NCBI GenBank assembly: GCA_049472355.1
Contig: JBLIRP010000059.1
Span: forward strand, 1-25,543
Direction: 5' to 3'
DNA length: 25,543 nucleotides
DNA from: a bacterium
GTDB lineage: Bacteria; SZUA-182; DTGQ01; JAFGSM01
Shown here in pieces: positions 17,059 through 24,652 of the stretch (position 1 is its first letter; every line of letters starts with the position of its first letter). The position numbers and the translations under genes were made by a program. A model generated the notes under the pieces. The model had not been told where the DNA came from and ran no database searches. It saw only the letters and a program-made list of their open reading frames with translations.

Positions 17059-17574
17059 ATGGTTAGAGAAAAGAATATGTATCGACGACTGGCGTATGCG
17101 CTGATCATCCCTTCCGTTCTCGTGATAGTCATGGCCCCTATCTGTTATGCCCAGCATCCCGTTGCCCTCTTCGGGGGCTCCCTGTACTACCCGTATGGGT
17201 TATACCAGCCGCCTCTTACCGTATTAGGGGCGAACGGGGGGTGGGGAGGGGAAAGCATTCCCTCTCTGACGAGCGGGGGCTTCGGATATGGTTCCTGGAA
17301 TATGGGCCGCATGGGAATGCTCAGTAACCTTGGCGCGACCCTCTCTTATATGAGGGCAGGGGCATCCGCACCGCTCTTTTACCCCCTGGGCGGGATGGAT
17401 ATCATGACGGGCCTCAGCGCCTTTGGAGGATTTGCCCCCGTCACGAAGCTCAATGTGGCAGGTCCGGATGTTTCAAGCGGATACGGCTGCCTGGCCGGAC
17501 TTGCCGGATTAGGAAGCAGCGCGGGTCTGGTTGTTGTCAACGCGACCGGCCTCACCCCCTCCCTTAGCTGGTAA
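17059..17574 (+). CDS. Secreted Gly-rich low-complexity hypothetical protein
   Basis: GAGGA RBS 8 bp before ATG 17059 (alternative 17077); signal peptide RRLAYALIIPSVLVIVMAPICYA|Q; mature part rich in G/L/S/A/Y/M with few charges. Confidence 0.7.
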   Translation: MVREKNMYRRLAYALIIPSVLVIVMAPICYAQHPVALFGGSLYYPYGLYQPPLTVLGANGGWGGESIPSLTSGGFGYGSWNMGRMGMLSNLGATLSYMRAGASAPLFYPLGGMDIMTGLSAFGGFAPVTKLNVAGPDVSSGYGCLAGLAGLGSSAGLVVVNATGLTPSLSW

Positions 17575-17713
17575 AAAGGGCAACGGTGTGGCGGGCGATT
17601 GCAACCCTCACCAAGGCATAGGCATAATTTGTAAGGGAGGTCAACGGCGGAATGATCCTCGGTGCACGGTATCCCTTATCGACGCTCTTTGATGGAAGGA
17701 AAAAGGCGCTATT

Positions 17714-20700
17714 ATGGGTAGGTTCAAGAGGTATGGCACGATGCTCCTCATTGTTTTCGGCTGTCTCACGGTGTTCTGTGTTGCCACGGCATCTGCGCAA
17801 TATGGTATCCCCACGGTCCCACAGGTACAGATTCCCCTTACCCTATGGGAGACGTATGGACGTTCCCCGGTCTCCTTCAATGCGTGGGGCCGGTTCACCA
17901 CCGGCGCCTCTTACGCGAACCTGATACCCACAGGAAGGGATGCCCTCCTGGCAGGACCTCTGCGCATGCCTTCCTTCAGCGCCGGCGGGATCTCATTCGA
18001 CAACGGCCGTCTTTCTCTACCGGGCGTCTTCAGCTATTCCACCCGTTCCGCGATCCATTCCAATAACGGTCTCTTTGGCGCGCAAACGGCAGGGAATAGT
18101 TCCTTTCAATGGATATCCGCGCTCCCATCTTCACTGTATAAATATCAAGCCCCCTGGTTCACCGATGCCCGGTCAGCGAACGCCGTTCCGAATGCGGCGC
18201 ACCTCACCTCCAACGGATACCCCACTTACAGCAGCCCTTTTTACGGGACACAGCAATTTTACGGAATCCCGTTCCAGGGATATCTCGGCTTACTCCTTCC
18301 TCAGATAACCCGGGTGGATCACCTCTCACGGGGATTCGATTTTTTCCAGGCGGGACGGTATGCATCGGCTATAGAGGAATTGGAAAAGGCCGTCAAGCTC
18401 CCGTACGAAAAGGTGGCAAAGGCCCAGGGCTATCTCCTGCTGGGCATCTCATATCAGGAACTGGGGATCGACTATCTCGACCAGGCGGAACGGTATCTCA
18501 AGCTCGCAGCAGGTCTCCAGGTCTACAATCCAAAGGTGGGTGTGATCCTGGCGAAGGTTTACTATCAGAAGGGAAGGTATATCGAGGCGATCGACGAATA
18601 TGGCCGCGTGCTCGAAAAGGAGCCGGAAAACGGGGAGGCCGTCAGGGGGATCGCCCTCTCCTATTTCAAGGCGAACGATCTCACGAGGGCGCTCAAGGAA
18701 CTGGAACGGGCGGAGGACTTATTCCCCGATGACCTCGAAATCATTTACACCATGGCCGCCGTGTTTGAGAAGAAGCACCTGTTTGCAGAGGCGATGGTCT
18801 ATTACAACCGCATCCTGGAGCAAGCGCCGGAGAGCATCTGGGCCGCCCAGGCCACGGCGCACCTGAACGATATCGAGCTGTCGGGCGGCGCATCCAGTAT
18901 CGAGGACCTGAAAGAGGAGGAGATAAAGGTGCTGATCCTGACTGCACCGAATCCCGGAGACTTGCCCGATAATGCCCTGGTGGTGCTCCTCGATGACATC
19001 GGCTACCGGGTATTGCCCGATCACACCATCACCCGGAGGATTCATAAGCTCGTAAAGATCCTGGATAACCGGGGGAAGGATGCAGGCGAGGTCAAGTTCT
19101 CCTATGACTCCACGTACCAGCATATGCACATCGATCTGGCACGGGTGATACAACCCGATGGCACGGTTATCGGAGCCGGAGGGGCGGAGATCCAGGAGGT
19201 CACCCCCTGGTCCGATTTTCCCTTTTACACAAATATCAAGGTCCTGATCATATCCCTGCCGGGAGTCACCGTGGGATCGGTGATCGAATACCAGGTGACC
19301 ATCGAAGACATTCCCGCATCCAGACAGTTTACCCCCCGGGAAATCGATGCGGGCTTTACCCTTGCCTCCACGAATCCCGTGCAGAATGCGTGGATCAATG
19401 TCTCGGTGCCCGCGGATAGGGAATTCACCGCCACGATCGTGAACCGGGAACACATCGAGCCGGAGGTCGTGGAGAACGGGGAGATGAGGGAGTATACCTG
19501 GAGGCTGAACGATATCCCCGGGATGATCGTCGAGCCGATGATGCCCCCCATCCTCGATATCTCTCCCATCCTGTACATCACCTCCTTCCCCTCGTGGGAG
19601 GTCATCGCCGACTGGTGGCGTGCGCTCGAATTCGAGGCGATCATCCCGAACGAGGCGATCAAGGACGCGGTAGCCCAATTGACGCAGGGGCTGAGCACCC
19701 AGGAGGAGAAGGCGCGGGCCCTCTTCTACTATGTGGCCTCGCATATCCGGTATGTCGGTCTCGAATACGGGAAGGGGGACGTCCGGCCGCAGACGGCTGC
19801 AGAGGTGTTCGAGCATAAATACGGGGACTGCAAGAATAAGAGTATCCTGCTCATCACCATGCTCAGGGAGGTGGGGATCGAGGCGTACCCGGTGCTCCTG
19901 AGCACCGTGAAAAGCGGACGGGCCTGGGAGGAGGTCCCCCGGATCGATGCCTTTGATCACGTCATTGCCCTGTGCATCATCGACGGGGAATGGATATGGA
20001 TGGACTCCACGGTAGAAGCAAGCTCGTTCGGCGATATCCCCGGTGCGGATCAGGACCGCGAGGCCCTCGTCATATTCGACGATGGATATGAATTCATGCG
20101 AATCCCGGTGCCTGCGCCGGAGAAGAACATGGATCGGGAGGTCACGGACATTCTGGTCGATGAGGGGTCAGCCGCTACGGTCCAGTCCGCCATCACCTCA
20201 ACCGGGATCAACGCGATTTACAGCCGGGCATATTTCTCCTCACTGGATGCCGTGTACCGAAGACAGCACATCGAGTCGATCATTGCAGGCAGGTCCACCG
20301 GCGGAAGTCTGATAGACTTTACCATCGAGAATCTGTACGATCCGGACGCCCTTTACACGCTCGAGTTCCAATACACCGCCCCTGACTTCATCGAATGGGC
20401 GGGGGATATCGGATTTATGAATGTATCGTACCTTTCGGCCAACAAATCCGCAATAGCCCTGGAGGAACGGACATACCCCGTGTTCCAGGGGAATACCTCG
20501 GTGGGGGAGAGCATCGTGCAGGTCACCATACCCGCAGACCTCGATGTACGGTATCTCCCCCCCCCGGTCACCCTGGAGATCCCGCAGATCCTCTTCATTG
20601 CAGACTATGCCCTGCAGGGTCAGACCATCAGCACCTACCTGCGCTATGAGATTAGGGCCCTGTCGGTGCCGCCCGAGGACTACACTGCATACAAGGAATT

Positions 20701-20761
20701 CCAGGAGAAGGTGGACAGGGAGCTGAAACGAAAGATCATCCTCGAGAAGAAGGGGTTGTAA
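17714..20761 (+). CDS. Secreted protein: low-complexity N-terminus + TPR repeats + DUF3857 + transglutaminase-like domain + DUF3858-like C-terminus
   Basis: Signal peptide ..VATASA|QYG; TPR helices (LAKVYYQKGRYIEAIDEYGRVLE); LPGVTVGSVIEY; IRYVGLEYG..PQTAAEV..YGDCKNKS (Cys), FDHVI (His), WIWMD (Asp). Confidence 0.9.
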   Translation: MGRFKRYGTMLLIVFGCLTVFCVATASAQYGIPTVPQVQIPLTLWETYGRSPVSFNAWGRFTTGASYANLIPTGRDALLAGPLRMPSFSAGGISFDNGRLSLPGVFSYSTRSAIHSNNGLFGAQTAGNSSFQWISALPSSLYKYQAPWFTDARSANAVPNAAHLTSNGYPTYSSPFYGTQQFYGIPFQGYLGLLLPQITRVDHLSRGFDFFQAGRYASAIEELEKAVKLPYEKVAKAQGYLLLGISYQELGIDYLDQAERYLKLAAGLQVYNPKVGVILAKVYYQKGRYIEAIDEYGRVLEKEPENGEAVRGIALSYFKANDLTRALKELERAEDLFPDDLEIIYTMAAVFEKKHLFAEAMVYYNRILEQAPESIWAAQATAHLNDIELSGGASSIEDLKEEEIKVLILTAPNPGDLPDNALVVLLDDIGYRVLPDHTITRRIHKLVKILDNRGKDAGEVKFSYDSTYQHMHIDLARVIQPDGTVIGAGGAEIQEVTPWSDFPFYTNIKVLIISLPGVTVGSVIEYQVTIEDIPASRQFTPREIDAGFTLASTNPVQNAWINVSVPADREFTATIVNREHIEPEVVENGEMREYTWRLNDIPGMIVEPMMPPILDISPILYITSFPSWEVIADWWRALEFEAIIPNEAIKDAVAQLTQGLSTQEEKARALFYYVASHIRYVGLEYGKGDVRPQTAAEVFEHKYGDCKNKSILLITMLREVGIEAYPVLLSTVKSGRAWEEVPRIDAFDHVIALCIIDGEWIWMDSTVEASSFGDIPGADQDREALVIFDDGYEFMRIPVPAPEKNMDREVTDILVDEGSAATVQSAITSTGINAIYSRAYFSSLDAVYRRQHIESIIAGRSTGGSLIDFTIENLYDPDALYTLEFQYTAPDFIEWAGDIGFMNVSYLSANKSAIALEERTYPVFQGNTSVGESIVQVTIPADLDVRYLPPPVTLEIPQILFIADYALQGQTISTYLRYEIRALSVPPEDYTAYKEFQEKVDRELKRKIILEKKGL

Positions 20762-20895
20762 GGAGGCGTCCCTGCTTGTACAGTTGACCCGGCAGAACAT
20801 GACTGCATGAGCTTACATGTATTCCCTTGGAATTTAAAAATGCGATGCCCCAATGAATCAATATGATGATGCGGAAGGGATTCCGATTATTCATA

Positions 20896-20925
20896 TTGAC
20901 ATGATCTCCTGCCATCGATTATAGT
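20896..20925 (+). promoter_or_regulatory. Sigma-70 promoter of the HEPN/MNT pair
   Basis: TTGACA, 18 bp, TATAGT, ~60 bp upstream of ATG 20988. Confidence 0.6.
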
Positions 20926-20987
20926 TCTATACAGATAAGGGTAATGCCCTTCATTGAAAATCATTATAAAGGCCACCGGAGCGTCGA

Positions 20988-21386
20988 ATGAGCAAAGAAG
21001 CCAGGCGATGGTTAAGACAGGCGGAAGCGGATATTAAGGCAGCGTATGACAGTGCCAAGGATGGTAATTATGAATGGAGTTGCTTTCAGGCACAGCAAGG
21101 GGCTGAAAAATCCCTCAAGGCGTATCTCTATAGCCTCGGCTATACCTCGTTCACCACACATTCCATAAAATTGCTCGTCAGGGAATGCAAAAAGAAAGAG
21201 GAGGAATTTGCTCAATTGGAGGAAGCCGCAAGGATTCTTGACGCCTATTATATCCCTACGCGGTATCCCAACGGGCTCGATGAAGATATTGCCCCGGTTG
21301 ACTATTACGACAAAGAGGACGCGGAAAGATGCCTAAGCTATGCAACATTGACATTGACCATAGCCAAAAAGTTTATAAGGAATTAG
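20988..21386 (+). CDS. HEPN domain protein (toxin-like partner of HEPN/MNT module)
   Basis: WLRQAEADIKAA..YEWSCFQAQQGAEKSLKA..THSI..LDAYYIPTRYPN. Confidence 0.92.
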   Translation: MSKEARRWLRQAEADIKAAYDSAKDGNYEWSCFQAQQGAEKSLKAYLYSLGYTSFTTHSIKLLVRECKKKEEEFAQLEEAARILDAYYIPTRYPNGLDEDIAPVDYYDKEDAERCLSYATLTLTIAKKFIRN

Positions 21387-21658
21387 CACTCTTCGTTAAA
21401 AAATTGAGGCAGACATTTACCATACACGAAATCTATCTCTATGGGTCATTTGCTTCCGGAGGCATCCATGAGGGGAGTGACATCGATTTGATAATCGTTG
21501 GGGATTTCAAGGGGAAGATGTTTAGAAGGATTGAAGAGATTACCCTGCTCACCGATCTTCCCATTGAACCTTTGGTGTATACCCTGGAGGAATTCAACCG
21601 GATGAAGCAGACTAGTTCATTCCTGCAAAAGGTGATCCAAGAAGGAAAGAGATCATAG
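21329..21658 (+). CDS. Minimal nucleotidyltransferase (MNT) antitoxin-like protein
   Basis: IYLYGSFASG..HEGSDIDLIIV (GS..DxD), PLVYTLEEF; overlaps the HEPN gene by 58 bp. Confidence 0.92.
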   Translation: MPKLCNIDIDHSQKVYKELALFVKKLRQTFTIHEIYLYGSFASGGIHEGSDIDLIIVGDFKGKMFRRIEEITLLTDLPIEPLVYTLEEFNRMKQTSSFLQKVIQEGKRS

Positions 21659-21691
21659 ATACGGAACGTTCGCTTCCGTTATCACAGGGGG

Positions 21692-21793
21692 GGCCTTTGC
21701 AAATCCTTTTGGCAATGCGGGGCGTATACCCCTGCACATGCCGGGGCTAAGCGAGTTTGTGCAGCGCAGCAAGCCCGGAAAATTCAAAAGGCC
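21692..21793. repeat. Possible MITE-like structured element with imperfect terminal inverted repeats
   Basis: GGCCTTTGCAAAT ... AATTCAAAAGGCC ends enclosing hairpins TGCGGGG/CCCCTGCA and CCGGGGCT/AGCCCGG; single copy in the window. Confidence 0.4.
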
Positions 21794-21871
21794 TGACCGT
21801 CAGACGCGATAAACAGAAATATCCACCGCAATTCACCATCCATAATTCATGAAGTTATATTCTATAATTTC

Positions 21872-21900
21872 TTGACAATTATGGCCCAATAATGTACTTT
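21872..21900 (+). promoter_or_regulatory. Candidate sigma-70 promoter
   Basis: TTGACA, 17 bp, TACTTT in an AT-rich region upstream of the 22211 gene. Confidence 0.5.
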
Positions 21901-21955
21901 GTAAGTATAATCCTTATTGTGTATATTAAAATCGAACTATTTATATTGTCATAAT

Positions 21956-21971
21956 TTGGCACATCATGTGC
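21956..21971 (+). promoter_or_regulatory. Sigma-54 promoter upstream of the large secreted protein
   Basis: TTGGCACATCATGTGC, GG(21958-9)-N10-GC(21970-1). Confidence 0.65.
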
Positions 21972-22210
21972 TTCCGGATTCCATAATTGAGGAGGTGGTT
22001 ATAGAGGGATATCCCCGTTTAATCACTACGATGTTTGGCAGCTTTCTGATGTGCGATTATGCATGAATGGAAAGATGCCACGGCAATGCGAGGTTTTTAA
22101 CTGTTTGATTATCCGCCTTGTTTATCCGGTGATTCATCGTTCCATCCGAATTGCGTAGTCTACCCAACAGGGATATGGTCAGCCCCATACAAAAAGCGAG
22201 GTACATGGAT

Positions 22211-24541
22211 ATGAGACATGCTATGAAAACCCTGATGGCCTTTTTGGCTGTGACCGCGGCATTCATCATGGCCGGATCAACGGCCATGGCCCAGGTGGGT
22301 TTCGGAGCCCGGCCGTTGTGGGATTTTCCCTCCTTCTCAAGCCAACCGCTCCAGGTGCCGGCATGGGAGGACCCCTTCACAGGCGAGGGGGACATCCTGG
22401 TCGACAACTTCGAGTACTGGGACAGCCCGTACAATCATGGATGGAGACAGTCGGAGCCGGCATATCCGGTGTATGGGTTCGGCATGGGCTATGCCACCAT
22501 CTTCAACACCCTGCTCGATCTGCAGCAGGGGAGCAGGGTCCTCGATGTGTATCGTCCCGCCTCCGTGTTCCTGCTCGGCACCCCCTATGAGAAACACGCC
22601 ATCATCTACAGCCTGTTCACCCCGCCGAGCGCAGCGGACACCGACGGTGCGACCGGCATCGACATGTCCACAAATCCCGTGATAAGCTTCGACTTCAGGG
22701 CGCCCATTGGCATCGAGCCCTGGGACATCTTCGAGCTGGATGTCATCGGCGAGACCGCCGGCGGCGACAGCGTGACCGTGAGAATCGTCCCGAGGCAGCC
22801 CCCTGCCGGCGCCTGCCTCGGCGCACCGGTCAACACCACCGAAGGGATGTACGCCTCCTTTGCCGCGGTGACCGGGTTCAACGAATCCGCAGGGCAGCTC
22901 CAGGTGACCGCGAGCGTGGGCCGCGGCCTGCTCGACGGGTCATGGCATGCGGTGTGGCTTGACATCGCCGATGCGGTGGAGAAGGCAGTAGAGGCATTCG
23001 ATGACATCGATACCGCCGACAAGGCGGATTGGGCCGTCGACACCGCCCTTGCGGTTCTGGTGAGCGGCCAGATGTTCCGTCTGGACAGCCTCATGTTCAG
23101 GATCGTCGAAAGCCACCGGAGCATCGACCTTCCCGATATGTTCGAGATCGGACCGCTCTATGCCCAGCTCTTCGAGCCTTACCGATACCTTTTTGTCGCC
23201 GACTATGCGGGTCTCCGAGTGGACGTCAAGCACCCTCACGATCCCAATGACAAGTGTGCATGCGACAGCGTTCTGCACCTCATGCTCCACCCCGAGATCT
23301 ATATCACCGATCCCAACGAGATCAGCGATTACTGGATCGGCCTCGGCGCGGACCCCAACAAGTTCGGCGAGGAGGCCGATCCCAACATCAGCGAGCTCAT
23401 GGGCAGGGACTTTGTCGTGGACATCAACCTCCCCATATTTTCCGATCCCGACCTGCGTTTGACCGCCTCCGGTCCCGGGTCAACGGCTCAAGCCATTATC
23501 GATGCAGGCACCCTGGCCTGGAATGCAACCATCGGCGGATACGGCGCAAACGCCACCCAGGCATTCCTGCTCCAACCGCTTCCGATATATCCATATGACG
23601 GGATGCCCACCTATCTGCCCGCTTACTATGATGCGCTCGATTGCATCGGGCTTTTCGGAAAGCCGTTCTTCCCGCCCGGCATGGTGTTCACCCTCGAGAG
23701 CGCGCTGTGGAATGCGGGCATGACCGTATGGCCGAATATCGCGGCGATGGATTACACGCCCATGTATTTCGAGGACCTGATCGTCACCATCAAGGTCACC
23801 AACGGTGTTCATTCGGATGTGAGGACCATACCCATCAGCGTGGTCAACTATCCGGTGGAAAACTATGCGCCGGTGGTCCAGCTCGATATCGATGACCAGA
23901 TCTTCTACGTGGGCCAGGAGGGTGAATATATCGTCAACTTCCTCGATCCGGACTGCTTCATCTTCTCCATGTCGCAGACGCCCGCGACCACCCACATGCC
24001 CGGATTCCCGGTCTCCACAAGTTTCAGGACCGATATGGATGGCATGACCTGGCGGATGACCATTAACGGCCTTCCCAACTACCAGTACGGCCCCTGGATC
24101 GAACAGATCATCGATCCGTGCAACGGCCGGATCAGTTGGACGCCGAAGTTCGAGGGGGCCTTTGAATCGCTCATCACCTGCACGGATGCACGGGGCAGTA
24201 TCGGATTGGGTGAGATCACCATCTTCGCCATAAACAGCGGCACATGGCTGAACCATCCCCCGATCGTCCTGGGCGGCCCGACAAACCCGGTCACCATCCG
24301 GGCGGGCGAGGAGTATATCGCTCACTGGCCCACGATAAACGTCGAGGACCCCGACGGCGACGAGATCTATGCATCCTGCAACATAGGGTCCATCGGACGC
24401 GGCCCCAACGGCGAGTTTTTCTGGAGATTCCAGAGCAACTTCCCCGGATATTATGACGTAGAGGTGATCTTCTACGACATCCGGGGTGGATATGCCATAC
24501 ACTGGTGGCCGGTCGAGGTAATGCCCTGGTGGAGCTATTGA
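22211..24541 (+). CDS. Large secreted acidic hypothetical protein with C-terminal Ig/cadherin-like modules
   Basis: GAGGT RBS 8 bp before ATG 22211; signal peptide MKTLMAFLAVTAAFIMAGSTAMA|Q; NYAPV..DQ..DPD and NHPPIV..VEDPDGD..Y resemble cadherin/He_PIG-like beta-sandwich units; strong terminator follows. Confidence 0.85.
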   Translation: MRHAMKTLMAFLAVTAAFIMAGSTAMAQVGFGARPLWDFPSFSSQPLQVPAWEDPFTGEGDILVDNFEYWDSPYNHGWRQSEPAYPVYGFGMGYATIFNTLLDLQQGSRVLDVYRPASVFLLGTPYEKHAIIYSLFTPPSAADTDGATGIDMSTNPVISFDFRAPIGIEPWDIFELDVIGETAGGDSVTVRIVPRQPPAGACLGAPVNTTEGMYASFAAVTGFNESAGQLQVTASVGRGLLDGSWHAVWLDIADAVEKAVEAFDDIDTADKADWAVDTALAVLVSGQMFRLDSLMFRIVESHRSIDLPDMFEIGPLYAQLFEPYRYLFVADYAGLRVDVKHPHDPNDKCACDSVLHLMLHPEIYITDPNEISDYWIGLGADPNKFGEEADPNISELMGRDFVVDINLPIFSDPDLRLTASGPGSTAQAIIDAGTLAWNATIGGYGANATQAFLLQPLPIYPYDGMPTYLPAYYDALDCIGLFGKPFFPPGMVFTLESALWNAGMTVWPNIAAMDYTPMYFEDLIVTIKVTNGVHSDVRTIPISVVNYPVENYAPVVQLDIDDQIFYVGQEGEYIVNFLDPDCFIFSMSQTPATTHMPGFPVSTSFRTDMDGMTWRMTINGLPNYQYGPWIEQIIDPCNGRISWTPKFEGAFESLITCTDARGSIGLGEITIFAINSGTWLNHPPIVLGGPTNPVTIRAGEEYIAHWPTINVEDPDGDEIYASCNIGSIGRGPNGEFFWRFQSNFPGYYDVEVIFYDIRGGYAIHWWPVEVMPWWSY

Positions 24542-24564
24542 TATTTATTCAGCAAATCATTCCG

Positions 24565-24598
24565 GAGGGCGGCGGGTTTCCTGCCGCCCTCTTTTTTT
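24565..24598 (+). terminator. Rho-independent terminator
   Basis: GAGGGCGGCGGG-ttt-CCTGCCGCCCTC followed by T7. Confidence 0.92.
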
Positions 24599-24652
24599 GG
24601 TTATATGTGGTTATATGTGGCAGGCAGTGCTCGATGTCAGGTCTACACTTTT

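Noticed and set aside
16896..17132. Minus-strand 78-aa ORF with a signal-like hydrophobic stretch
   Set aside because: Overlaps the start of the better supported plus-strand gene and has no clear RBS; not fully excluded.
15619..17700. Known riboswitch (for example c-di-GMP-I) in the long leaders
   Set aside because: I could not find the conserved GGCAAAC...GACGCAAAGC core by eye; needs an Rfam scan.
18719..24502. Long antisense ORFs (18719-19960, 23480-24502 and others)
   Set aside because: Expected shadows of GC-rich coding strands; no motifs.
24599..24620. GGTTATATGT direct duplication after the terminator
   Set aside because: Only two 10-bp copies; likely a local duplication with no evident function.
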